Below are positions 23,340 through 37,065 of a DNA stretch of 64,000 nt, piece by piece. The stretch comes from Vicugna vicugna (taxonomy: Eukaryota). Below the pieces are notes generated by a model that was not told the DNA's origin, did not search any database, and worked only from the letters and a program-made list of their open reading frames with translations. Each line of letters begins with the position of its first letter. Within the stretch, counting starts at the first letter, position 1. The position numbers and the translations under genes are program-made. The stretch spans positions 8,789,627 through 8,853,626 of the forward strand of contig MU058423.1 of NCBI GenBank assembly GCA_013265495.1, given 5' to 3'.

Positions 23340-25384
23340 TCAGGCATCCTGGAGCTGACCAAATGTGTGCACTTAGTGTAAATGTGCTCAAACTTAGATG
23401 AGAAAATCCACATCCTATGACATTTGAGAGGCTGTTCATCTCAGCTTTAAGTCCCAGCATCAGCTGCCTCAAAACTTGGTGTCCGAAGCCCCTTCTCACT
23501 CCTCTGTGATACATCTGCTCCAATCTTTGAAGCCACCTAAGATCCTTCTGGGAGACAGCCATTCTATAAACAAACAAAAAGCACTTGATAGATCGTTATC
23601 GCTGATCCTGAAGTGTAATGTAAACATAAACACTTGCAGCTGGAGTCATTGCCACAGTTGATTCGACTCATTTCTCACTTAACAGCCCAGCTTCTCAAAA
23701 AGTCTTTGAGCAACTTGACTAACAGCCAAAGAGAAAGAGCAAGTGGCGAGTCATCTCCATTTTGGTGGCACAGCGGTGAAAACAAGACATGGCGCGGGAA
23801 AAGGTCAATTAAGTTATGTTTGTCCATTTAAAGCCAGTTTCAAATAACTGAGTTCTGCGTTAAAAGCCGTCTTTTCAGTATCAGTTTTTACTTGAACTCA
23901 TCAAAAAAAGTTTTAAGTTTTCTAGAAAAGCTGTTTTTCCCCTCCTTGAGATGATTATCATAATTCAATCCATAGAGAAGGAACTGGGTGGGAATATATT
24001 AACATTTCAATCCAGCTCAAAATAACTTAATGCAATGATTTTCTATGTTCCTTTCTCTGCCATGGGTGCCACCTCTATGCAACCTACATGTAAATAAAAG
24101 TTTTCTCTTATGCTGTAAATTATATCTCGCTGTAATTGGAAACCTCCCTGGTTACTCTTCTGAGCCGACATGCAGTGACCAAATTCTGGCTTGGTTGAGT
24201 GTTGCCAAGAGGACTGCAAGGCTGTCTCAGGCATCGTTAACTCTGCCTTTCGAGGGCACCTTGGGAAAGAGCTCAGTCGACACCACAGAGTACTTGTTCA
24301 GCTTACACACTGACAGCGGGTTTAAGTAGAAATTTTCAACATAGTGATGGTTTAATAAAGGTCACCAAGGAAAGCATACAAGTGAGAACAATTATGAAAA
24401 TAGATTTGTGGGGCTTATTGTCGGCAAACTCATGTTCTGCTGTTTTTTGAATCCCAGCTGAATACGTATATAGTGTAGCCTTCCCAGATGAGTGTTGAGA
24501 TTTATAAGTCATTTGATGTCTAAGCGTAACAAAACCATGAGAACTCAATGACCGGTAGGTGAGATGCTTGTTAGAACTAGTTAACTGATTTTTTTCCTAT
24601 TTCTTTTTTCATAAGAACTCAATCTTTAGAAAAAGATTTTCTGCCCTTGTAGATACGTTCATGAATTGGTAAGGAATCTCCTTTAAGATATGGTCTCAAC
24701 GACAACCTTGGTACCCCAACTGCCTCCCGCAGTGTTGTGAGAACAGCTAACGGGCAGATTCCCAACTCAAGAAGCGAAACTGTCTTCCCACCCACAAACT
24801 TTCCTATGTGTTCTGAAAATTTTTAAAAGACAAAAGAGAAGGAAAACCTCAGAAACATCACAACCCAAAGAGATCCAGCTTAATACAGAAGATATCTCCA
24901 AGAAATAACGCAACTTTTTCCTCCCAAGCCAGCTCTTCAGGGTGCATAGATAAAACAGGGGCGAGGTTTGTGCCATCTGATTTATTTCTATAATTTCTCC
25001 TGTAGGGAAGACACCTATTCTTTCGCAAAAGCAACTGATGTCATATATCATACAACAGTCATAAACGATCACGCAGGACCCAAACACTGATCATAAACAG
25101 TGTTTTATTAACAAAAAGGAAAATTACAGAGAGAGGAAGACAGCAAGAGCCTGACTTATCTGACTCTTGTGAAATTCAAAGTGTAAGATTTCTTTGTGCT
25201 CATTGGCATGTGTTTCAGGAAAAGGCCATGATCTGGAAAGTCAATTAAAGATAAACTGAAAATCCGGAATGGAGAATCTGAGAAACTTGAAAGGCACCAA
25301 GCAGAGTGAATCATACATAAAATTATAAAGATACTTCAGTACATTGGTAACTCTAAATCCAAATTACAAAAGCCAGGGAAAATG

Positions 25385-27344
25385 TAAATTGCATAAAACT
25401 TTTATTATTTATTAGCAGTGTATTCTTCTACACTTTAAAATAGAACAAAATATCTTTTTGAAGGTAAACTATTCATAACAAAATACATGTCAAACAATTT
25501 TTATTATTGGAGTAGAATCACTTTGCTATATACTTTCTATATTATATACATATACTTCTTGGTTTGTCTATGTATGCACATGTGTATAAATAATTTTAAG
25601 ACATACCCATGTAGATACATATGACCAATATACACACATTTTATGGAAAATTTACAGTAGTCGGTTTTACAATCATTTAATAGCTGCACACAGATTAGTG
25701 TTCACAGAACTAAAACTGTCAATATGGTTCCCTTTCCCCCACTTCTCAAATGTCATCTGAATTATTTTTCACTGAAAATTTTTTAAAAACACTATCATTT
25801 TCCTATATAATTAACCAATCATGTTGTATAATAACTCAAATAAAATATTTTACTATTTCAGCCTTAGAAAAGGTATACAATTTAATTCCACTTAGTTTAA
25901 TTTTCAATTCCTAAAACATACAATTAATTTGTTCATCCGTTCAGTGCAATTATTTGGTACTGCAGTTTTTGCAGGTTAAGTTGACAAACCTGAGTCAAAC
26001 ATTCATTCAAATACTTTTTTTAAAATGTAAAACATAAAGATGTTTTGCTGAAGCATGTGTAATAGTCTCAAGGTACCCCCTTCTAATAAATACATTATAA
26101 ATAACTCAATGAGAGAAAAGCACTTCATATGAATCCATTTAACTGTCTCTGAGGAGTCCATTCTTAAGCAGCATGGAAGACGATCAGGATCTAAGACTCC
26201 CAAATCCCCATGGACAAGAAGCTTCCAGGCTTCTAGAGCCTAAGTATAAGGTTACACATACTTGAAAGGGCTGTGAAGTACCCAGGAGTCGCCTCATTTT
26301 CATTTTAGGTTTCAAATACATTTAGTGTGTGTCAGGAGGTTGCACTCCATTTTAAACGTATCTCCATTAATACATGGAACTCCTTAGCAGCATCTTGTTC
26401 AGTTTTTTTTCTCTCTTCATTGATTTAAAACTGGTGCCAGACCATGTGAGATTACAGGCAAAAACCTCGTACCAAGATGAGAATATTCTAATTGGGTTAA
26501 GAACTCTTTTGCGAGGAGGAAAGAAAGAAAGGCATTGGGACTGTTGAGTCATTTCATAGAGAAAAATCATGCTTTCAAGAGAAATAGTCAGTGAATTCTG
26601 ATCTTCAACTGGATGTTAAATTTTCTTAAAGCCCCCAAAGATGCAAAACTAAATGGCTCAGCAACAAAAACAAAGGGAAAGGAAATGGTCTAAATAAGCC
26701 ACAGCAAACAACTGCGCGCTTGCTAGAGATAAACGGGGGAAACCTGCTAAGTTAGACTGACTTTTCGAAAGAATGAACTGGCGCACCGTATTCGTAGGGG
26801 GGAGGGCATAAAAATCACTTTCTAAAAACTTTCTCCCTCACTCTTTCTTAACAAAGAGGAATTACTTATTCATCGTAGATAAAACCATACTAAAATTCAA
26901 AATACAAATTTTTGGTAGCAAACAGCAAGAAAATCTACATCAAAATATAGTCTAGTTTTTACATAATTTTATATATTTATAAATTTATCAAAATAGCCTT
27001 TTAAAGTTCACAATACATACATAATGTAACACTGTACATGTAAATGTAATAACAAACGTATTACCGAAACACATTAAAAATCACCTTTCAAAATACCAAA
27101 TTCAGCATGAAAACTGTCTTAAAAAGGACTGACATCTCCATAAACATGGTTTCAGTGCATTATACAGTAGTCATTAACCAGAGTTTTCTGGGTTCAAGTC
27201 TCACGAAGGTCTTATCTTAGTGCTCTCTTTAAGGTAAGAAGGCAGAGAGACGCCTCGGCAAGCAGTTGCTCTCTCTCTATGTTTGCTCGTCCAGATGAAG
27301 AAACTGTCTAACAGTGGAACAGCTTTCAGCAGAGCGGCAAGGCC
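25385..27344 (-). other. CDC14A: CDC14A 3' UTR of the terminal exon
   Basis: AU-rich sequence after the TAA with no obvious interspersed repeats. Tandem AATAAA at 25401-25406 and 25408-25413, with others at 25500-25505 and 25104-25109. Confidence 0.7.
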
Positions 27345-27374
27345 TTAGTAATGAACGTATTCAGACTGAAGGGA
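27345..27374 (-). CDS. CDC14A: CDC14A terminal coding segment, SLQSEYVHY*
   Basis: Acceptor tctctcccccgcacag|TCC CTT CAG TCT GAA TAC GTT CAT TAC TAA. Phase 0 matches the donor at 42511. Same as the canonical human C-terminus as recalled. Confidence 0.96.
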   Translation of the reverse strand, partial: SLQSEYVHY

Positions 27375-29699
27375 CTGTGCGGGGGAGAGACATAAACTGA
27401 GGTTAAATTCCATCACACACACAATTCCTCGTACATCATAAAGCTGCTTCCTTCAACACAAGGCAGTGTGGGTCTCTTATATAAAAGATAAATGAAATAA
27501 ACTAAGAAAAAAAAATAGAACAAGACAAGGGAGACAAAGCATCTGTTAAGAATGAGATATTCAATTAGTAAAGTGACTGCAAGAAAACTTTATATGTTAA
27601 ATGGCTTGCTAATTTAATACTAGTGATTAAAGATTAAGTACTATTTGGAAATTGGTAGGTAGTACTAAACTCACTTCTAAGCTTTTGTGCAATACTATTG
27701 GGTTTTACTCAAAAAAATTAAATGACATCTATAACTGAACAGAAGATTATTAGAGTATACTTTAAGAATATATATATACTTTTTAATTTAATTCAGTATA
27801 TATGAAATGAATGTTAATTTTTCTAATGCAGTAGAATTAGAGGTCATTTAAATAGATTCCTTAAGAATATTTGAATTTAATAAATATCTTACAAATCCTT
27901 CCTACTTCGGGGTACACAAAGCACTTCTAGCTTTGAAATCTGATTGTAAGACCCAGAAAGCTTTTGTGCAGAAGAACCCTGCAGCTATAACATAATAAAC
28001 AGTGGGCAACTTTCAAGAAAAATAAACGATGCAAGTTCCTCCCACATCATATTAGATAACAACGTCTAAAAGGCGTGTGCTTGGGACATGGAATCAGAAT
28101 GTACTGATAACAGACAAACCAGGAAAAGACACAAGGATGAGCAGACAAATCTGCCACAGTTATTTCTGAACAGCAAACAGCAGTTAGAAAGAAGGAACAT
28201 AAATCTGTCTAAGCGTTTACAATTTTTCTGCACAATTCTTCTCATCAAATACCTTGGAAAAACAAAGTTTACTTGATTTGCTACCAAATTCCCTTTTCTC
28301 CTCCTCCAATAATTATTTTTCAAATTGATCTGCAGCATTTTATTGATAGGTCATCAATTCTGAGACTGGTCTATTTTGTTGATAGTGTAGTTGGCAGTAA
28401 AAAAAGAATCTGTCCATTTTGCAAATAATTTACAAAAGGATTCAAACTGTTCAGCTTCAAAATCCTACTGAATTTTATATCCTATCAACAGTCATTTACT
28501 AAGTAGACGTCTATCAACACCATGAATCAAAAGTTATGGTCCCTGCCCTCAAAGGGCAAAAGACCATATTCTCACATGTGCCTCAAATGAAAAGACAAAG
28601 GTGCCAACATTTAATGATAATAAACGTAGGATAAGAGTAACATTGTGCACAAGCAAAGGATTAGGCAAGGACTGGAGGGGAAGGTGGGGGCAACGGGGTG
28701 CATTCTCCAGGCTGCAAGCTTCTAGGAAGAAGTGAAATGTCAAGAGTAGCTAGGAAGATAGGAAAAGGCTTGGCAAGTTGACTTTCTCACTACGAGATGT
28801 AGTTTACGCCGAGGCTTGAAAACAGGAGAGACGATCAAGACGGAGGGCATGTAAATATACTTGAAGTCACAGAGAGAATCAAAGAGGTAAGACTTTGAGA
28901 ATGTCCAGTGAAACCGGTCCAAAGCCTTGAAGCCCATGTACACTTAACTCTTGGGACATCAGCTGCCAGCTCAGGATTAGAGCTTAAAAGTGGACTATCA
29001 TTTTTCTAGATGCTTTTTCCCAGTTTCTTCTGAAATCTGGCCAGTAGGCAGGGAGGGCAGAGCCAGGAGGTCTCCCCAGCTGCAAGAATGCCACACACGC
29101 AATCTGTATATTGGCCAAAGCTTTCTTGGGACTATTTACCTTTTGTTTTTGTTCTAATCAGAACAGTTACTCATATTATCACTAACAGAAATGATAAAGC
29201 GCCTCTGACTGCTTGTAAATTTAGAGCAAAGTTGTTTTTGCAAGCACCTCTAAGGTTCCATCAATTCTCAATAAACAGAGATGCAGCAAATGAACAGATA
29301 CTAGACAAGTGACCTTTGTTAAACTAACTTTCATCCAGGGAAAAGGATTTTTACAAATGCATCAATATATAGGGGGTAAATATGAGTGTACACATATTTA
29401 TTTGTTTTATGGACTCATGACACCTACTGAACTGGAAAACAGAACTAGTCAAGAATATTAGGGATTTCTATCATTCACATGAGGTATACATTCATTAGTC
29501 TCTGGCGGAAGCCTTTCCTAATATCCCAGAAAATACAACAGGCAATTATTAGCACTTTTAATTTTTGTAGTAAAGTGCAAATATATTTTGTACTCCATAA
29601 ACAGTATCCTTATTGTTATTGATCTTATTATTCAAAAAATAGATCAACTAAAGTATAACTATCTGGAATTCTTGATAAACTAGATACATTACTTAACAG

Positions 29700-29935
29700 G
29701 TCAATTATTCTGCAAAAGCTACTTATGAGTACTTTCTCTACACCAGGCACAGTTCTAAACATTTTATATGTATTAATTCATTAAATGCTCTGAACAACTC
29801 ATTTTACAGATGGGGAAATTGAGGCACAAAGCAGGAAAGTAACGCTAGCCCAAGATCATGCCACTAGGAAGGAATCTGAGCTCCAGCATCTGGCTGTAAA
29901 AGCCCAGACTCTTAGCCACCATAATATAGTGCCTC
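29700..29935 (-). mobile_element. MIR
   Basis: 'ctacttatgagtactttctctacaccaggcacagttctaaac...cattttacagatggggaaattgaggcaca'. Confidence 0.75.
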
Positions 29936-31137
29936 AAGACATCTGTCCTGTGATCACTACGTATTCGCTCAAACATCCTCTATCACCTGACACAGACAAC
30001 TAAAGAGCAGGGTATGATTCTGAGTGAGCAAAGAAATATTAAAATATACAAAAGAATGTAATATTTTTTACTGTAAAGGAGATACATGCATTTTTAATGA
30101 TTTTTAACAGTACCAATTCCAAAAGAGTTTTCTGGAATATTCTATAAGGAAATTTTCTTTATAAGAATGCCCATGTTTAAATATTCTGATTAAAGTTTTA
30201 ATTCTGCTTGGCCAATTTTTTTTATCATTACCACAAGAACTGATGCCTAATGTATCTGCAATATCAAGGGGAAAAACCCCTCCACAATGACAGTATGGGT
30301 ACGAAGGAAGGGAGACCTAAGGTGTAAATACTACTTTACAAGGTAGCACTTATTTATGGAACCAAGAGATTTTAGTTTCTCAAAGAGAATATTCAAGTTC
30401 ATGCAGCCATTAAGTTCAACAGGATTATAGTGAGTTAAGACCAGATCAAGTTTATCATGACTATATGGTATTTTCACAGTATGAATACCATAAACGAGTA
30501 ATACAGCCTGCCAAAGAAGGATAAAATTACCTTACACTTGCAACCCCCCCCCAATTTTTATGTCAAAATATAAGCTTCCATCAAGAATTCTTGCTCTGAA
30601 AGCAACTGGATTTGACACAAAACAAAGTGTTAGGTAAGGAGATCAAGACAATTTGTTCTGTTCTGGAAATGCACTACTAATCTGTTTTGGCAGATGTAGG
30701 TAGTGACTTTAAAATTTTAGCTATTCTGGAGGTGTTTCTTTTTTAAACAGCCCAGTTACCTAATCATGGTAGAAAAATGTCTAATAATTACAGATACAAA
30801 ATACTGCACAAATAGTTAAAAAAAGAAAATTACAAATTGACTAGCAACCACAGCACATTGCAAAGAATAATGGAAGTTAAGGTCTTGGCCAGCAAATTAA
30901 TAAAATAATGTCTTATCGTTCAAACAGCTTGAAGCAAAGACACTGTGATCTGGAACATTAGTTTCCCAGGTCAAAATCCTCACTCAAAATCGCCATGTGT
31001 TTTGCCACACTGACTTTACCTTTCCCGCATCTCCCAATTTCCCCAAGTCTCTTAAGGAAGAAAAAAAAGTCCCCTAGTTACCCTGACTTGAGTTCTAACT
31101 ACAGAGGCAAAAAGCACCTTAAAAAGTGACTTATTTT

Positions 31138-31187
31138 CCACTTTGCTGTATACCTGACACTAACACAATACTGTAAACCACTGTTTT
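31138..31187 (+). mobile_element. About 50-bp extreme 3' L1 fragment with target-site duplication
   Basis: 'cactttgctgtatacctgacactaacacaatactgtaaacca' matches the L1 tails elsewhere in this window. Flanked by AAAAAGTGACTTATTTT and AAAAAGTGATTTGTTTT. Confidence 0.75.
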
Positions 31188-31314
31188 AAAAAGTGATTTG
31201 TTTTAGGGGCATCATTGATTGAAAAAGACACATTTGAAAATATGGTATCACATATAACTCCAGTTTTAATGAGCAAATAAGGAAAAAATAAACACTGGGG
31301 AAAAATAGGTTTAC

Positions 31315-31387
31315 CTGTAACCGCCTCTATACTCCGGGTCTTTCATGGCTTTGCGATGGAGTTGCCAGTTGTCGTATTGCTTGCAAG
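31315..31387 (-). other. CDC14A: Candidate CDC14A cassette exon (73 nt) encoding LASNTTTGNSIAKP*
   Basis: Acceptor ttttgtgtgttgttag|CTT, donor CAG|GTAAAC, phase-0 compatible, with several retained CpGs in an AT-rich setting. Confidence 0.35.
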
Positions 31388-33632
31388 CTAACAACACACA
31401 AAATGTGTGCACTGATACATAGTTCCACAAATGTGGCTTCACAACACTACTGAACGGGTCTGAAAGCATTTGCCTCTGCTAACATGACAATACTTCCCCG
31501 ATAACACTAGAAGCAGCAAAGCTGGGTACGGTTTTATTGGCCTCACAGTAACACAAAAAGGCTAAGGTTTGTGATAAAATCAGCTTTGAAAGAATAAAAC
31601 ATTTTTCTTTAGTGTTCTCTAAGCATTTCAGAGACCTCAAGATTTAACAAGCCAATTCGGGTTAACTAAAATGCTGTATAAACTATTCTTTCATCTTCCT
31701 ACATAACTTTTAATAGATTCTTTTTTCTGGGGGAACTTAATACGTGCTCTTCAACAATCACAAAGAGCTCAATTGTTAGGTGACAGATTGTTGACACCCA
31801 ACTTGACTCAGCCAACCATTACGTGTTTTCAGTTCATCTGCACACCAAAATTATATTGATGCAAGCTTGGGTAAAATGTATTTTCTCTTATTTTAGTAAA
31901 GCCACGTTTCTAGAAAAAAAAAAAAAACTCTCAGGTTACTGTATATCCAAGCTAAAGTGGAGACGTTGTTTGCTCTGTTGGTGCTTCCTGCGCTTGCAAT
32001 GGTGACAGGCTCCTAACTAGCCCTGCGCTTAATGCTCATGAACCTAGATATGTTATCCAACTTGTAGTTCAATAAATAAAATAAGTATTTATTAGGCACT
32101 TTCTATACTACGGAACCTGAGAAAACAAAGATGCCTCTGAGACGCTTGGAAGCCGGCCGAGGAGAGAGAGAGAGAACCAGCCAGGTACAGTGACTATAAC
32201 ACGAGAGCAACCACGGTCGGGGCGTGAGCCAAGCCCCATGGGAGACGGGAAGGAAAAGGCATTCCTCGTGGACAGGTCACAAATGCCTCATCAGAAAGAT
32301 AACTCGTGAGCCAGGCCAAGAAATATGAAACCAAGCAGAGACAGGGGGAAAAGCAGAGTAAACCACAAGTGCGAGGGCTCAGCAGGAGGCAGGGTGTGGT
32401 GCTTTTGCAGGCCTCCGGTCAGGATGCCCAGAGGAGCTGCTGGAGAGGATGGAGCTGGGAGGCATGTGGTCTGATGGGGAAGGGCCCCAAGTGGCAGGTC
32501 AGTGGATCCAGAAGGGGTGCTGAGCACAAAGTGGAGACACTGAACAAGTCTGAACCCAGGAATGATTTCATCAGCTGTGTCTTCGAAATCTAGCGCTGAC
32601 AGCAGCACAGAGGAAAGTTTCAAGGCAAGAGATACTGAAGGCAGAGAGGACATTTAAAGGGCTAGCCCAATAGTCCACAAAGAGCTTAAAGCAGCAGTGA
32701 GAAGAATGGAGGAACAACAACAAAAAAAGAAAGACATTTCAAAGGGAAAACGGCTAGGGCTTAGTGGCTGGATGTGGCAGAGGGAAAGGCAGAAGTCGTG
32801 TCAAAGACGATGCCCAATTTCTAGCTTGGATGATTGGATGTAGAAAGATGCAATTAGTAAGCCAGGAAACAAGGGAGGAGTGGACAACTGAAAGAGCATG
32901 TACTCTCTCCCAGGAATGCCCACAGGAAGTTAGAAGTGTAAGTCCAAAGCTCAGGAGATGATTACCCAGAGACAGGAGTGGACCAAGGTCAGAGCCTTGG
33001 GAAAAATCACTAAGGGGCAGATGGAAGACGACAAATAGGTAACTACTTAAGGTGTGTGGGGGGGGGTAGGGGAGGAGAAGTGGGAAAATAAATATTCCAA
33101 ACCTCAAAAGAGACAAAACTAAAGGGGGAAAGGTGATCAATATAATCAAGCGCTGCAGAAAGACAAAGAATGAGAACTAACAGGAGCTCGTCAGCTCTGC
33201 CTTAAAGGGGTCGGTGGCAGCCTGTGCAACAGACTTTCACCAGGATGGGGGGCCTCCTCCCTTGCCCACGTTTGGTCATAAAGGGGACACTGTGACCGGT
33301 GACGGAACTGAGAGAAATAACTGGCTAAGGCCATCCTGTACCTGTTTGCAGGTGAGGAGACAGGCAAATAGAAGGTAAGAGACTGAAGGGGTAAGAGAGC
33401 AAGGATGCGGATGGGGCAACTCCCAAGAAGAGTTTGGAAAGAACATACAGGTGGAGTTGCCACTGGAAAATAGTAGGGTTTCTTTTTTAAAAAGGGAATA
33501 AAGGGACAAGTCTGATGCTGATCAACTTTGAGGCAGAGAAGAGGACAGTTAAGGGAAATTATTCCTGAAAAATTCTGTTCTCAGCAGAACTCAGGGCCAG
33601 GTTAATTGGCCCTGGAAGTTGGAGGAGCTATG

Positions 33633-33818
33633 TTTTTTTCTGTTTGGTTTTTTTTTTTTAATTTAATTAATTAATTTGTTTTTTGTTTTTGTTTTTGGTG
33701 GGAAGAAGTAATTAGGTTTATTTATTTGTTTGTTTGTTTAATGGAGGTACTGGGGATTGAACCCAGGACCTCATGCATGCTAAGCATGTGCTCTACCACT
33801 GAGCTATACCCTCCCCCC
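33633..33818 (-). mobile_element. Camelid-type tRNA-derived SINE, full length
   Basis: A box TAGCTCAGTGG and B box GGTTCAATCC. A 14-bp TSD TTGGAGGAGCT(A/G)TG lies at 33619-33632 and 33819-33832. Confidence 0.92.
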
Positions 33819-34289
33819 TTGGAGGAGCTGTGAAGAATGTAAAAAAGCTTTGGATCAGCCAATGTGGGGAAGAGAAAGGGAGCCAAAATGGGATAAGCAA
33901 ACTAGTCATGAGCACTGAAGGGCCAGGGTAAATCAGAAATTCATTTGAAATGGAGTCAACCAGCAAGGTCACGGGATTTTCTCCAACAGAGCTTAGACGA
34001 GAGAGACTAGAAATAGACACGAGATGGTTGAATTGATCTAATTTTGGAGGCTAGTGATGAAGTGGCTACAGAAAAAAGGTCCATGTGGAACAGAGGATGT
34101 TGGGAAAAGGAAGCAGAAATGACATGTGGGCTACAGAAGGAGGTAAACTGAGGGAGGTGGGAAGGGGTCATGGGGAAGTTAAGGAGAAGGGTAAATGTTT
34201 GACAGGAGCCTTAGAGAATCCAAGATATCAGAAGCAATGTTCTAAGTAGTAAGAATGTCTATGAAGTGGATTTCCAAGAGAATAGAAAT

Positions 34290-34470
34290 AAAGATCACTG
34301 GAGTCAAGGAAGTTTAGAATACAGCGGTTGTGAGACTTTGGGCAAGTCACTGCCTCTTTGAGTCTCAATTTCCTCATTTGTAAACTGTGGGTTAAATAAA
34401 TACAATAGTGTGTAAGTATTGTACCTAAAACAATGTGTGGCACATAGGAGGTACTAGATAAACCATGGTG
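34290..34470 (+). mobile_element. MIR
   Basis: 'gtgagactttgggcaagtcactgcctctttgagtctcaatttcctcatttgtaaa...tggcacatagga', followed by (GAT)n to about 34507. Confidence 0.7.
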
Positions 34471-34579
34471 ATAATGATGATGATGATGATGATAATGATG
34501 ACAATGATTAGAAAAATGTTACAGTTGTCACGAATGCTGTCACGAATGCTAGCAGTAGTGGTTGCTAAAAAGTAAAGCC

Positions 34580-34893
34580 AAAGTCTTCAATATGACAGCA
34601 TTAGGAGGTCGAGCCTTTGGGAGGAAATTAGGTCATGAGAGTGGAGACCTTGTGAATGGGATTAGTGTTCTTATAAAAGGGACCCAGAGAGCTCTCCTGG
34701 CCGTGGGAGAGAGCCATGTGAGGATACAAAGAGAAGACAGCAATCTGCAGCCCAGAAGAGAGCCCTCATCTGAACTCAGTCTTAATGGACCTGATCTCTG
34801 ACTTCCGGCCTCCAGAGTTGTGAGAAATAAATTTGTTGTTTATAACCTACCAGCCTAGGGTATTTTGTTATAGTGGCTGAGCTCATTAAGATA
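34580..34893 (+). mobile_element. MaLR LTR (MLT1A-like)
   Basis: 'ttaggaggtcgagcctttgggaggaaattaggtcatgag...gaatgggattagtgttcttataaaagggacccagagagct...gtgagaaataaatttgttgtttataa'. Confidence 0.85.
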
Positions 34894-35539
34894 CTACTTT
34901 CTTAATATCCTTTCTTCTCATTCTAATAACTTCCAATCAGAGACTGAATCTGACAATGCCAAAGCCCACAGACGATGACCTCATTAATATCACAGCAGGC
35001 TGGGAGGTTCACAATGCTCTGACCAAGAGACAGAAGTATCTGCTTCTATGGATAAAACAGTCCTCTCCCACACATATCAGCTATGAGAGTTTAGACATTC
35101 AACATCAAACAGAGCCTATGTCATTTACCAAAGACTTCTTCCATTGGGGGCAAATCCAGTGACTTTACAAGTCACGTACATGGGGCATCTGTGCTTTGCA
35201 CGTGCATGCACACCCACAAGTATGTGTGTCTGTGTGTAACAGGGCATTGCAATAAAAACTTGCCCTTCTGAGTTAAAACGGCGTACACATACATGCGCAT
35301 ACACACAGTAAATTTCAATTCTCTGGAAGAGATAAATGACCTATTCGATACTGGAAAAGATGACAGCATGGAATAAATAAATCAATAATCAAATAAGTAA
35401 GCAGAGTCCAATGCTAGCTGCATAGCCCACGAAGATAACAAAAATGAGATGGTGTGGTTTGTAACCTCAAGTTTACCAACCAGCTCGGTGGGGATTCAAG
35501 GGCTACATCCATGAGACAGGTGACTCAACACAAAACAGA

Positions 35540-35860
35540 AATGATGAAGGCCAAATGGCCAGAACAGATGGGACGACTCTAGAAAAAGTCATGACTGCTA
35601 TAATTGGGCGAGGTCAAGGAAGGCTTCAGAAGAGGAGGTAGGATTTAGGCCAACTTCTGAGAAGAAGGGGGTCTGAGAAGCAAAGGTGAGCCAGGTTGGG
35701 GGCACAGCACGTGAAAAACAGATGGAGGCGTGTGGAGCAGGGCATGTTCAAGGACCTAAGAAGTTCCATACAGCAAAAGCAGGAAGTTCATGCTCAGAAG
35801 TGAAGGGAAATGAGTTTGAATTGAGGATTGGGGGGACACTGAAAAAGGCCCTGAATGGTA
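35540..35860 (-). mobile_element. L2 remnant
   Basis: 'gtcaaggaaggcttcagaagaggaggtaggatttagg...ggcacagcacgtgaaaaaca'. Confidence 0.55.
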
Positions 35861-36479
35861 AATCACCCAGACTGAACCAACTTCATGTCAAGATGGAGCT
35901 GAAATTTATGCTCCAAATGACCCTCTCTGTGTATAAACCAAATATTTTTAACATACAAGGAAGAAAAGGCACAACAGGGCACAAAAGTAAATTCAATATT
36001 TTACAGCCTAGAAACAAACTAAGACACAGTGGCAGGCCACTGGCTCCAGAGCTGGAAGCCCACAGAGGTAGGCAGATGTCCCATTCCTGGGGGCACACAG
36101 GACAAAAGCTGCTGGCTTGAAACCCAGGCTGGAGTCAGGCTCTCCCATCTGAAAGGGACTGAGTGAAGCCACAACCGCTGCCTTGGGCCAGGGTTTGTGC
36201 AGAGCTGCGTCCCTGCCTGAGAAGCCAGCCTGCCGAGCTCACCAAGGGAAGAGAGCCTGGGTCATTAAGATCTGTTTCTAGACTGGAAGGCCCAGGGGTC
36301 AAGTGGAGACAAGAAGAAAGCCAGTAGGCAGGGAGGAAAACATAGAGAGGGGAGAGAAACCCAAAACTCCCACCCAGAGGGAGACTACAGATGAAAATTC
36401 CAAAACACACACGGAACATGAACACCAAGGGAACTGACAAAGCCTGCAACCAGCAGACGGGCTCTCACTGAAATCACAG

Positions 36480-37065
36480 ACACATGACAAAGCAATCGCC
36501 AAACAACTTACCGTCTGAGATCCTCAAGGACAGACGATGAAGAATACCCATAAAAAGAACAAGGATTTATGAAGCCAAAATAGGCAGGTCCAAGTGAGGA
36601 CAGATGGCTATCATAAAGAATGAATTATAAATGCTGGACATGCAAGATAACGGCCTTTGAAATCACAAGGTCAACAGATTAGAGATACGCTGCAGAATGG
36701 ACACGGCTAAAAGAGAACTAGTGAACTGGAAAATAATAGGAGGAATTCAATCAGAACACAGCTAGAGCAAGAGGAAGTTTAAAATATAAAACAGAAGGTA
36801 AGAATACTGAGGACAGACTGAAAGGCTCTAACGTAAGTATTGCAAAAGGAAAGAGTAGGGGGAAGGCAGAAAAGCAATATCCAGAAAGATAATTTCTGAT
36901 TGTCTGAGATAATAATTGAAAAAGCCATCAGCCCTATGACTGAAAGCACACACTGAGGCCAGGAAGGATAAACTATAATGAGTCGACGTCTAGATTATAT
37001 GGCAAAACTGTAGAACTTGAAGGAAAAAGAGAATGGCTCATGAACACCAGGACAGGGAATTGCAC
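36480..37065 (+). mobile_element. Degraded ancient L1 ORF1 region
   Basis: A-rich sequence with 'gaatggacacggctaaaagagaactagtgaactggaaaat...cagaacacagc...gaggacagactgaaaggctctaac'. Confidence 0.6.

Noticed and set aside
33745..33818. tRNA-like sequence with A and B boxes
   Set aside because: It is the head of a SINE with an A-rich tail and TSDs, and diverged copies occur four more times. It is not a tRNA gene.
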